NCBI RefSeq assembly: GCF_964355755.1 | Contig: NC_092670.1 | Location: 26,336,795 to 26,400,794 of the forward strand | Length of the DNA stretch: 64,000 nt | Source: Antedon mediterranea | Taxonomy: Eukaryota; Animalia; Echinodermata | Reading direction: 5' to 3' | Shown here: positions 1 to 13,200 of the stretch, in pieces | How the letters are laid out: every line of letters begins with the position of its first letter | Numbering within the stretch: the first letter of the stretch is position 1 | Notes under the pieces: generated by a model | Told to the model about the DNA's origin: nothing | The model's database searches: none | The model's input: only the letters and a program-made list of their open reading frames with translations | Translations under genes and position numbers: made by a program

Positions 1-412
1 ATATCTATCAAATCTAGTTAAACAAAATAATTTCAAATATAACTTTAGACATAATGATACAAACCTCAATGTTCCGAAACCTCGCACTGAGTATAAAAAA
101 CGTAGTATTTCTTATAAGGGGGTTATAACTTGGAATAAACATAATATTGATATCAATAAGATGCCACAATCTCTGAACGTATTCAAAAAAGAAATTGCAA
201 ACATATTTAAACTGGAAGCCTAATGCTGTATTATTTTTCTCTCTTTTAATGTTTTTGTATAAATGTGTATACACTGTATTATTTGTATATCTTATATTAC
301 CTATCACATTGTGGAAGAACACCTTTATTTTATGGTGAACGAATTTTATATTTTGTACTTTTGTATAATAATTTCGTGAATAAATAAAGATTTTGATTTT
401 GATTGATTGATT
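1..412 (+). mobile_element. CR1/L2-group LINE 3' end relic
   Basis: Translates as NLNVPKPRTEYKKRSISYKGVITWNK...SLNVFKKEI, then AATAAA and a (GATT)n tail. Confidence 0.65.
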
Positions 413-414
413 TA

Positions 415-955
415 TATTATCAAAATATAGAATAAATTTATTAATTATGTCAAAGGTCAATAACCACACTTCTGGTCATTTTCAAGCAAAATCTTCTGTT
501 AGACTGAATATAAATATATATCTTGGGAACAATTTGCAACTAGTTTTAATTCACTCTAACCTGCCGTTAATTAGATATGGCGGAAAGAGGTCAAAGGTCA
601 ATTGCTAAAAATGGGGTTTCCAGTCAATTTTACAAAAAAAAAACTGTTAGAGCTAATATAAACATATACAATGTGAACAATTTGACACCAAAATTAACTC
701 AATATGTCCTGTAAATCCAGAGATATAAACATGTTTGTATGAACATAGCGGCCATTTTGTTTACGCTAATTACGCAAATTGCTCAATGCAGAGAGCCGTC
801 CAGTAAAGAATTCTTCATTCTGATGGTATCGAGAATCAAAATCAATTAAAAAAAAAAATTTAGAAAACATTGCAAGGCTAACCATTGGGGTACAACAACC
901 TGCCAACCAGACTATTCTGATTGACAAACAATTTGCATATGTCCTAACCATAAGA
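415..955. repeat. Dispersed non-autonomous DNA-type repeat, also at ~26597-26996 (related pieces at 30929-31550 and 32210-32360)
   Basis: Visible identity (caaaatatagaataaa...tcaaaggtcaataaccac...gctaattacgcaaattgctca); ends with TAGTCC/GGACTA-type termini. Superfamily not determined. Confidence 0.65.
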
Positions 956-1084
956 CCAGTGGAGCTTTTCTCAAATTCAGTTTAATAGCGACTCTTGAAC
1001 ACTCGGCATGGTACAGCAGAACAGCACTAGTATGTAGTCAATTGACCAATTTGATAAGCCCTCATTTGAATACATAATTTTCAG

Positions 1085-1090
1085 TTTATT
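1085..1090 (-). terminator. Candidate polyadenylation signal of STK16
   Basis: AATAAA on the minus strand about 42 nt after the stop codon. Confidence 0.4.
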
Positions 1091-1132
1091 AGAATGGCTT
1101 TATCCTTCTTTCACAATGGACACCAAAAGCCT

Positions 1133-1259
1133 TCATACTCTGTTTTCCATTTCAATGGTCATATTGTTTAAACGATCAATTACCCATTCTATGGTGGGAC
1201 GTTCCATAGGTTCCACCACTAGCATAGAAGATATAAGTTCATTGATAGATGGTGAATAT
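1133..1259 (-). CDS. STK16: STK16 last coding exon (YSPSINELISSMLVVEPMERPTIEWVIDRLNNMTIEMENRV*)
   Basis: Acceptor ctttgcag; subdomain XI Arg (ERP); TGA at 1135-1133. Confidence 0.92.
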
Positions 1260-4200
1260 CTGCAAAGAAAAATTAATTCTTTTTTTATGAACAAGCAATG
1301 CATTGATAATAAAGTTACAGTTTTTATTTATTTGTTCTTTATACTGGGTGACTATTTCAGTAAAAAAAAACTGTTCTCCCAAAGACAGAATGCAATGCGC
1401 TATTTGATTACCATGATTGGTCAGTTTAATACCAGGGCAATACACATGCACGTAGTAACAACTCAGGACATTTCTGAACAAATAAGAGATTTTACATGGA
1501 TCCCTTGTTAAATCTCAGCAGAATTTTTAGAAATTGTTTTCACACTATTTAACTTCTTACTTTTTGCAGGTGTGAAAATGGTATAAGTGGAGTCAACTCA
1601 AACAACATTGATTATTTTTATTCAATAATCAAACTTACTCAGAGCCTTCTGGAAATTTGAAGTTTCGTCCTATAACTGCCAGATGAATACTGTCACCTTT
1701 TATGTAGATGGGTTCAAATGGTGAATATAAATAAGCCATGTTGAATAGTGTACAGCCTAAAGACTAAAGATATAGAATCATATTGATTATTGTACCAAGA
1801 ATTGATGTATTTGTTAAATGGACACTGTTTGGCTAGGGTGGAAAAAAACAAACATAAAAGGCAGAATAGACCTGATGGCCTCACTGCATGATACTCAAGT
1901 GTTTGCATGTGAGTTGTTGTTTTTCCCCAAGTGTGAAAAAATGCAAGTTTCCCCAATCCGAAAGACAACCATTGCTTCAAAAATCAAGGTCAATGTTGTA
2001 CATCCTTAAATAGTATGTGAGGGATTTGTTTCCAAGTGGAAATACCCTAACCAATGTGGTACAAACTTCCTATTGTCTTGTTGAAATTCTTGATTTGTTT
2101 TTTAAAGGCACTGACATTGAAAGAGAATGTTGGTACCATTGTCATTGGCTTTTGACTGTAGGTGCGGGTCATGTCTGACCGATTCAAGGTCAATCCCAGT
2201 AAGTGCAAACTCATGCAGGTATGTTTCGTGAAGGCACTGCCTAATCCCTATATCCTTTGGATTTCCAGACATGTGCTTGAAGTGGTGTCTGAGACGAGGG
2301 TGATTTTGATTTCTGTGTCTACATGTTATGTTCGCACAATGAAGTTAACATAAGGCCCCTGTTTGGTTTGGCAGCACAACCAAGGACCAAACATACTGAT
2401 TAAAACAAATCCAACAAGCATAATCATTGATGCTTAATACCAGGGGCGGATCTAGGATTTTGATATGGGATAAATAATTATCTAGGGGGGGCCCGAAATT
2501 TTTTTTTCTAGACACCCGGAGATAGCATCTAAGGCGTTTTGGCCAGTCGATTCTTGTCATATAATTATCTGAATATAGTGGGTTTTATAGACCATATTTA
2601 ATAACCTTTACGGAACTGGTTTTGTTTTGCGCCTAAAGCCTGTTTTCCCGTCGCGAATTTTTACACATTTTTTGCAAAGTCAAGGCCGGTCACGCACAAC
2701 CGGGCCCGTGTGAAAATTGAAAAAGTTACGGGTTTTGATGCTTCAACCCAGCCGGCCTAGGACATGTTTTCGCTGGTATCTTAATCTAGTTTTTACACTA
2801 AAGACAAACATTAAATTAAATTGTTTTTATGTTAACATTTAGTTTTACTTAGGCCTACACTTGTTATTTTGAAATATCAGACTTTAAAAGAGTACAAAAA
2901 ACATCGTCGCGTTGTAAAAAATCAAGAATTGTCAGCGCGTAGGTATTTTTTGACAAACAATGATGACGTAATTTATGAACTATTTGATTGGTCAGTCAGT
3001 TGCATAATATATATATTACAAAAGGGGGGCCCCCATAAATCCGCCCCTGAATACTGCTGAGGCATGGCTAAGAGACAAGGAAAATTTTTTTAATCAGTGC
3101 CACTAGACTAAAAAAATTGAGTAAAAAATGCTGTAATTAGAGTACATCAAATGACCAATCCTGTGCCTTAGTGCAACTTGTTTCCATAACTCAACAAATA
3201 CCTATAATAACCTAAACAATTGTGTGTCTAGACCCATGTTTTCAAAGTCAAGGATAATTTTAGGACCATTCATTGGGTGATCACATTTGTCAACTAGAAA
3301 GCCACTCTGAGAGTGCATACCTCCGCCTACTGTAAAATTCTCCTACATCATATTTCTCCGGTAAAAATATATATATATATATATTTGTGTGTGTCTTAAT
3401 GCTGTTTGTGATTTACGCTAATTTCACTACAAGCATGTGTATGCGAGTTTGGTGTAATGGTTAAACAAGCGTTTCAATTAACAATAGCTTCAGTTGAAAA
3501 CAATAGAACAGCAACGCGAAAATCAAACGAGTGAATTTGAAAAGAAATAGGTTTTGTAAACTACTTGCATCAAAAAACGTGCACATTAAATCAAATTATG
3601 TTTTAAAATTACAAATCACAAATTATAACTCTTGCCTCTTGTACAAAAATGAAGTTTTTTGGACAAGTAGTTCTCGAGAAAATTCAATTTGAGTTTACTT
3701 GTTACTTTAAGACTGCTCGCCGGATTTTGAAAAATTCTGTCCTATCTTTTTAACACTAGCAGGTCTGAAAAGTATACTAAAAAGTGGTCCAGAATTGGGA
3801 CCGTGGTCCGAAATGGTCCCAACATTTAATGGAATGGTCCTTGACCACATATCTATCCGTATATTCATTTTGGTAAAGATCTTGTAATTACTTTTTGAGT
3901 AATCCTGCTAACAAACAAACAAACAAACTAGCCTTCGCGCATAGCGCGATACTTGGCCAAATCAAAATTGGCCTCCTGACATTGACCCAATTTTCACCAA
4001 AAGTGTGTGTCTTATGCTGGGTGATTTAGGCTAATTTCACTACAATCATGTGTATACAAGTTTGGTGTAAAGGTAATGTAACCAGCCTTTCAACTAACAA
4101 TAGCTTCAGTCGATTAACAATAGAACAGCAACGCGAAAAACACACGAGTGAATTTGAAAAGAAATATGTTTTTTAAACTACTCGCATCAAAAACCTTGTA

Positions 4201-7200
4201 CAATAAATCTAATTATGTTTTAAAATTACAAATCACAAATTAAAACTCTTGCCTCGTGTACAAAAATGAAGTTTTTTGGAGAAGTAGTTCTCGAGAAAAT
4301 GTAATATTTAGTTGTTAAATTAAGACTGCTCACCGGCTTTTGATAATTCTGTCCTATCTTTTAACACTAGCAGGTCTGAAAATAATTTTTAAAAGTGGTC
4401 CAGAATTGGGACTGTGGTCCAGATTTTAACCAAAATTGGGCAGTGTCGTCCTTGCACCAGGTGACATGTATGGTAGTAATTTGGAGTCATTCGAATCTAA
4501 CCTGTGAGCGCTAGAGTGATGACAAACAAACAAACAAACAAACTAGCCTTCGCGCATAGCGCGATACTTGGCCAAATCAAAATTGGCCTCCTAAACACAC
4601 TTGACCCGATTTTCACCAAAAGTGTGTGTCTTAATGCTGTGTGATTTAGGCTAATTTTACTACAATCCTGTGTATACGAGTTTGGTGTACAGGTTATGTA
4701 ACCAGCCTTTCAACGAACAATAGCTTCAGTCGGCTAACAATAGAACAGCAACGCGAAAAACACACGGGTGAATTTGAAAAGAAATAGGTTTTGTAAACTA
4801 CTCGCATCAAAAAACCTCTATATTAAATCTAATTCAGTTTTAAAATTACAAATCACAAATTATAACACTTGCCTCTTGTACAAAAATGAAGTTTTTTGGA
4901 CAAGTAGTTCTCGAGAAAATGTAATTTTAGTTTACTTGTTAATTTAAGACTGCTCACCGGATTTTGATAATTCTGTCCTATCTTTTAACACTAGCAGGTC
5001 TGAACATAATTTTTAAAAGTGGCCCAGAATTGGGACCGTGGTCCAGATTTTAACCAAAATTGGGCAGTGTCGTCCTTGCACCAGGTGACATGTATGGTAG
5101 TAATTTGGAGTCATTCGAATCAAAACTGTGAGCGCTAGAGTGATGACAAACAAACAAACAAACACACACACAAACCAAACAGATCAACATACTTGGCCAA
5201 TTTTCAATTTGGCCAAGTAATGAAAGCACTCAGAAACTGAGTGAAGTACTTGGCAAAATATATCCACTGACTGGGAGCATGTTGAAAGATACATTTTTTG
5301 CTTTAGGTATTAGCTTTACATGGTTAAAATACTGATAAGGTTAATAATTTGTTTAAATAATTTTTAATACAAACAATTCCGGCATTGTAACAATGACCTT
5401 TCTAAAATCAAGATTGACCAGAATAATGGTCGAGGAGTGTCTTGAAGCTGTGCGGATTTGCGGCGCCTCTGCCTTAACCCATGTAGTAAGCTTAACCGCG
5501 TGACCAGTCGACTAATATTTTGGTCCATATCAAAGAATATGTCCATGTTAAAAAAAGACAGAATGCGTGCTATTTAATATATCGTACGGAAGATAAGCTT
5601 TTGAGACATGACCAATATATCAGTTTTCCTGAAAATTAATAGGCATGTTCTGTAAGTATATATACCTATGTACAGAATGAAATAAGGAAGGACACACGCA
5701 AGTACAGTACTAAAAAAACTAATTATCAACTAACAATAGTTTAATTTGAATAACAATAGAACAGCAACGCGAAAAACAAACGGGTGAATTTGAAAAGAAA
5801 TAGGTTTTTTAAAACTACTCGTATCAAAAAACCTGTACATTGAATCAAATTATATTTTAAAAATTACAAATAAATTACAAGTTATAACTCTTGCCTCTTG
5901 TACAAAAATGATGTTTTTTGGACAAGTAGTTCTCGAGAAAATGCAATTTCAGTACACTTGTTACTTTAAGACTGCTCGCCGGCTTTTGAAAATTGTCTCC
6001 TATCTTTTAACACTAGCCGGTCTGAAAATAATATCATTTTTTTTTATTTGTGAAGTTATTAATAAACCAATTGTCTTGATTTTCAATAGGCATGGCCTGA
6101 GAGTATATACCTATCTACACCCAAAAATTCAGAATGATTGATTGAAATATATATTTATACTGGGTAACCTCTTCAGTCAAAGACTGGTCTCCCAGAGGGC
6201 CCAGTTGGTGATCAGTGGCTGTGATGTACTAATACACCGGGGTAACCCCCTACTCGTCTCGAAAGATGTACTAGGTTCTTTAAAGTGCACACGAGCAAGT
6301 TGTGTACACTGGACCTACGGTTTATAGTCCTTATCCGAGAAGACTCGTTCTACCACCAGAACCATGGAGTGAGTGAGCCTCGAACCCCTGCCGATGTTAT
6401 GGCTACGTGATTACGGTTCCACTGTCTTAACCGCTCGGCCACTCACTTAATAACTTGAAAACTGTAGGCGCTATCGTGCTAACAAACAAACAAACAAACA
6501 TACATACAAACATACAAACAAACAAAGTAAATACTATACTTGGCAAAATTCTTTTTGCCAAGTAACAAATCAACATACTTGGCCAATTTTCAATTTGGCC
6601 AAGTAACAAACACACAAACAGATCAACATACTTGGCCAATTTTCAATTTGGCCAAGTAACAAACAAACAGACAGACAAACAAACCCACGCGATCGATTAC
6701 ATATACCTCCTTGGCGGAGGTAAATAACCTGTTGTGTTAATTTTATACATGTTCATCCATGTCCATCCTTTATCTTTGGACAAACATGTAGTAGAATGTT
6801 ACAATTACTGAGATGGACGTCATCAATGGCTATTACTGTACACATCCATTTTAAAATGGCTCCAACTTGGTGGACATGTGTTACCTTGAATCAGTACATT
6901 CTCATAATATAAAAAGGAGTGTCAAATTTCTGTGTAGTATGGACATACTAGAAACAAATTGGTATTCTTTTTCAACGTCATTACATTTGCAAACTTTACA
7001 GATTGTTGTGGCCTACACTTCAATTCATCTTTTTGTTGACAGAATTGAACTATTTTAATAAGTGATTCTTTTAAATAAAGGTATTACAAATTTTATAAAT
7101 AAGCTTTAAATTTATCGTAAGCAATATTTTGATGATTTTTAATGATATTGTAATATATTTTAATTTATTTTGATATAGTATTTTTATGCATTTTTAATAT

Positions 7201-10200
7201 TTATACAATTATATTCTAAATGTTTTTTTATCCAATGAGTGCAATAGGAGACCTACTAGATAGTGATTAAGTTCGCTTTTTAGGCCCTGTTTCTGCTGCC
7301 AAGTAAATACCGTATCTAATACAGCTTGCGTCAATATGAAGGGATCAAAAATTTGAAATTATTTTTCAGGTGAAACGCTTAGAAGTTTACAGACACGTAT
7401 CGCTCAACATACGCTCATACAAGGAAGAAGGTATGAGTTATTTACAAATTTTTTAATTTATGAATAACCTTTTGTACGCATTTGGAGGATTTTCAGAGAT
7501 AAGGTGAAGGTATTGGGCATGTCAGGGATGGGGGTTCGCAGTTGGTTAAGGGAAGGTTCGCCCGAACCATAAAACCCTTCCTGGCTACAGGCCTGTTTAG
7601 GACAAGTACTAATTTAGTACAATACAGTAATTAAAAACATACATACCCAAATATCTATCTTTTCGTTAATCACACAATGACTTTCGACATGAAAGAGTTC
7701 AGGAGCTCTGAACAGCATGCTGCATTTTTCACCAGCAGTATCCTGCAAAAAGTTGTAATGTGTACCCTTGACATCTGATAGGTTAAATTTGTATCATATG
7801 CCATTCAGTATTAGTTCAGAAAAGTTCAATTAAATAGTTTGCAGGTTTAATCTTTTGTAAACTTGTTGAACCAAAATCGGAGCGCTACCTTTTCGAATGT
7901 CTAGCTCCATCACCTACTGTAGCTTTCAACATTTAACGTGGAATTAAATAAAAGTTTACTTTTGAATCATTAGCTGAAGCTCTAGAGATCTGGAATGACA
8001 TCTCAGTGAACAGCATTATTTATATCATGTTAAATTAAATGGGGTGAAAGGGTGATTGTAACAGATAACTATTTAACTCGGCTCTGTTGATGTTAATTTG
8101 TTTAAATTATTCATTGCTCTAATAATTAATTTTTACCTGTAAAGCAATAGCCTCTGACCTTCCCTTTACCTCTAACCTTGCAGGTGCCATTGATCCAAAA
8201 TCCATCAATATAGGCATGTCATCATCTCCAAACATTATGTTATGTGGTTTGATATCCCTAAAATAATACAAATTAATTGACGTTTTGTAAAAATAATGTA
8301 TATATATTACTTTAAAAACATTAATCCAGGTCACTCCTTGTATTAAATGTACGTATTATGCACTACCTACATACTGTAGCTCGCGGTGAATGTTCTCTTG
8401 TGGACGGTCTTTAGACCTAGCCTAGCTAAACTTAGTTTTGAGAGCCTAGCTGAAAAGGTTTATTTGTCCATTATCATAATAAAATAACAATAGAAATTCA
8501 TCGTTAAGATTGGCAAATATTAGTCAATAAAAAAAAGAAATATAAACTAAAAATTCAAATATAAAAACACACGCGCACAATAAGTAAGTTAAACAAGAAA
8601 TATTTCTAACAAAAAAACGGCGCTTGTCGACTTTTTGACTAACATTTTTAATTATTGTTCTTTCTTCAGATATAATGGTTTATTATAAATTATTTTGGTT
8701 TAACAATCAGTAATAAACATTTTGTGTAAATATAGTCTGGCCTGCTGTACAGAACAAAAATATAAGCATAAACTAAACTATAGTATATGTACATATCAGT
8801 CACTGGAACTAGACCCAAAGGAAGGCCCATGTTACGCGTTAAAGACGTAGGCAAACGTGATCTGAAGTCGGGAAACACAAACGTCACAAACTGGGAGGCG
8901 TCTCGGATCGCAGTATGTGGAGATCCACTATCAAGATGTGTGTCCAAACAAGCGCGAGTGGACGCGACGAGAAATGGACGCTACTCAAGAAACGTAGAAA
9001 GGAGAGAGCATCAAATGTGACCAATCATGCCGCTCAAAATCGGACTTCTTAGTCACAGCAGACCCTGCACCAAATGACGGATAGAGGGCGCATACCTATT
9101 GTCACTCGAGACCGACGGCTGGCAAGAAAAATATCCTTTGTTTTACCAACATTTAACTTTAAATTATTCTATTTATTTCAATTACTCAATTTACGATATA
9201 GTCAAACTCATTATCATGCTTATCGCCTAAGATGTATCCTGTGATAACAGTATCATCTGCGTATTTAATCACAGAACATTTATCATTTGCTGACCTAAAA
9301 TTAGAGGTGAAAAGGGAATACAACACAGGTGGTAAGCGTATGTACTGTACAAACATTGTACGCTAGCTATAGGACAATACTGCATTAATTGTCTTTCTGT
9401 TTTTTCAAGTATTTCTGTATTTTCACTGAAAAGTTATGAGTCTTCCATTTGTTTTGGCCTCACGATCGATAAAAAAGTGGGAAAATAAAAAAAAAAATAT
9501 ATATATATAAATCCGCGCACAATGCATGTTGGGATTTATAGCGGACGAAAAAAGTTATCGCAATAAGACCATACAGTATTATTTTTACATTAAATGTAGT
9601 TTGTGACCTTAAATTAGATCTAAAAAACGTTACGTAGGGAATGGGACATTAACATTTAAATAAAAAAATGTCACTATTAGCTTACATTAAAGCTTGTTTC
9701 TGCTTTTTGCTTTTTTTTATCTGTCATTAAAAATTATCAATTATTATAGTCCCGATCGGGCCGCACACCCACAGTACACCACTGAAAAATTACACTGGCC
9801 CGCCCAAATGCATTATGCACTGGAGTGAAAAAAAGAAACATTATCGTATTTCATGTCATACTGTGACAAAAAAATCAATCAAGAAATTGTCCTTGTTTTT
9901 TAACGATCTTTTGTGTCAGAGTAGGGAGTATTGCTGACCAATTTAATTACATACCTATGAGCTATTGGTGTTGGCTTGGCATTGTGCAGCTCTCTGACAC
10001 CCTCACATGTTGCCTTGAAAATTCGTATAAGCTGTGCTTGGTTATAGTGTTGTCCAGCTTCTTTCAATTTATCTAAAGCCTCTTGAAGCATTCCACGCTG
10101 TAAACGAAAATAAATTGTGTGTATAATTAAATTTTATACATTATATTCCACTTCCTGTACACTCTCTGGTTGTCAAAACAATCATTGATGTTAACAATAT

Positions 10201-13200
10201 AGACCTTGATCCAAATTGTTCTAGAAACAATAATAGAAGAAATTAAATTATTTATTTTACAATACAAAAAAAGAAACATAGTGATAAATAAAAAAAGGAC
10301 AGCAATAAATGGACAAAGATAGCGATAAATGGACAAAAATAAGATAATTATTTTCAAGCTAGACAACCTCTCGTTTGTAAACGGTGCAAAAAAGTAGGCC
10401 ATATTGAACGATTTTGTCGTAGTAAGGATGGCTTTTTGTCGACAAAGACTGATACTGTTTCAAAACCATGTACACCTTACATTTGTAGAGGCCTAGTTGA
10501 AGGATGTGATTGTGAAATTTTGATAGACTCTGGATGTGATATGACACTTGTTCATTCTGATTTAGTAGCGGCTAAGAAAATTAATCGCGCGGAGCAGGTG
10601 CGTCCATGACCATGTCCAAGCCTATCCTACTGCATTCGTAAATATTAAGGTTAATAACGAAGACCATAATTTGTTGGTTGGCGGTTGCAGTGATTTACCA
10701 AGAGATGTAATTCTTGGTAGGGAATTTCCTAATTTTGGAGACTTATTAGTATAGGGAAGGGGAATAAGAATCATGATAGGCATAGTTTTGTTGCCACTAG
10801 AGATCATGCTAGAAAAGAAAAACTAAGAGATGAAAACGACTTAAATTCGGAAAAAGCTTCTGGGGTTATTTCACGTTAGTTAGATGATGTGGTTAATTTT
10901 CAAGAAGAATTTGGACATTAGATGGCCAACTACTCAGTGACAACCCTCCCAAAGAAAAAGTTCATAAAGTGAAAAACGAAAAGTTAGGAAAGAGTTTGCA
11001 AAAACAAAGGAAGCTAAATCTAGCCAATAGTGAATTAGACATTTTAGATATTGGCAGGGATAAAAATTAAGGATTATCAGGATAAAGAATAGAACTTTAA
11101 TTTCACTTCGAGAACAGATGTTAGTACAGAAAGATGACGATGCTATAAAGACAGTCTGTAAAGATGGAATTTTATTTGGGCAGGTTTTTACTAAACACCA
11201 GACAGAACCAATAGAGCAACTAGTAGTTCCATACCCTTGCCGTAATAATGTCAGTAATTAGTTAACCATTCCGACAAATTGACATGAATATTGTTGGTTT
11301 ATTATTAGTTTTCATTAATAATTATATTCTATGTTATTATGGTGTATTTAAGTTTTATAGAATAGGAGTGGGTTAACTTTTGCCACGTCCATGTATACTA
11401 GCCCCTCAAAAAAAAAAAAAGATTTTTGAGCTCAGAAAGAGGGGGGAAGTGTAATAAATTACCATTCCTTAACATAAGTAACATAGTATCTACATGAACA
11501 TTCTTTTGATTTAAGAAACCATGTATAATTAATATAAGAACAATCAGGAACATTCCAGAAGTGCTATAAATAGAAACTGTAATCCAATAAAATAAGAAGT
11601 ATATAATATATGATCTAGAAGGTTATGAACATATTGTATATAAGGGGAAGTATGACAATTGTATTAGGAGGGAGAAGGATTTTTGATTGAGGCATTTATT
11701 TTGAAGAAGGTTGGATATTAGTTGTTGAAAGTTGAAGTTGATTGAAATCTAAGCTTTGTTTTGAGTTATTTTACAACTTTGTGGATTTTGTGTGTATACT
11801 CTTATGTCACAAGGGAGTTCCTAAAGTATTTTCAACCGCTCGGAAAAATTCGTAAAGGGAGTTTGTGACAATAGTTACCTTTTTGTAAATGTGTGTGTAC
11901 TTTGTAAATTACTTTGTTAATTGTCTTTGAATTATTTTTATTATATTGTTTATGTTTCTCTACTGAACCACTTTGGAAATCAATGCGTTAGCACTGAAAG
12001 TGTCATTCAGTATAAAGACAGAATAAACTAGATTTGAAATCGTCAATTTAACGAGTTCGGGTTATCCGCGGAAATGCAACATGCACATACATGAACATCG
12101 ACAATTATTATGCCATCCTATGAATTAAATATGTTTTACAGTGCTGAATTGTACCTATATCATTGCGGTTTAATAACAGTATTTACGAGAATTACGAGAC
12201 ACATCTTCAAATCTAATTTTTAACATGATGACGTCATCAAAATGAAATGCATAGATAGCAATTTTGGAAGTAAATTATCTGAGCAACAACATATCAACGT
12301 GTTGAAGAAATTTGGATACGTAGAATATGGAAGCGCGTTCTTTTAAATGTCATGAACTATGACGCAAAATATGAAATTACGACTTTTATAATTGAACTGG
12401 CCATATCATGACGTCACAACATCCGATGCGCATAATTTGTACATGAATTCGTATCTACAATTCAACAGCTTCCAGAAAACGTTTTAATCACTTTTCATTC
12501 TGAGGAACTATAATACATTGAAATTTATTAGAATGATGAAAATAAGTGACCCAAGTTATTCACGCTTTTGCACATGAAATATAAATATTACACTTTTGCC
12601 AAGTTTCAATTTAAATTGTTTTATGGTTTTTGATGTTAAATACGCGAAATTCATAAAATTGCACGTAACCTGTGTAAACAGCACAGTACCTTTCCTTGAC
12701 TGGAACACTCACTATATTTAAATACATTGGAGTGACTCTTTGTTTCTCAAGGTTCAAAGTCATTAAGGTCAACATACACAGATGATTCTGCATCTATCCT
12801 GAGCGGGTTTTCCGCTCAACTACCTGTCCAGCTCCATGTTTTGTGTAAATGGTAATAAGAAATAAAAGAGATTCCATATATTTGTTTTCCACTTACTGTT
12901 TACTGCTCATCTGTGTAAATTGGCTGGGTAACTTTAGTTTTAAATGTGCAAAATTATTTATTATTGAGACTCTAATAAATATCAATTAAATACAGAATTA
13001 TTGAAGACAAAAACCTCAAATATAATATTAGTGTACAGTTGAACAAAAAAACCATGTACAGTATAGTAACCTCACTCACCCTATAAAATGGAAGAATAAG
13101 TAAAACTTCACAGACATCACCACCATGTGAAACCATTGCAGAGTCTTCTAACATAATAAGATTAGGATGTGTAAACCGTCTGTAAAATTCCAATTCATGT

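Larger units (their letters stand above)
8275..9655. mobile_element. Fragmented Kolobok-like element copy with LINE pieces nested inside
   Basis: 8275-8460 and 9345-9655 match the two halves of 20280-20905. Confidence 0.65.

Noticed and set aside
14-469. 151-aa minus-strand ORF and most other short ORFs in the track
   Set aside because: AT-rich chance ORFs, antisense to LINE relics or within repeats, with no motifs.
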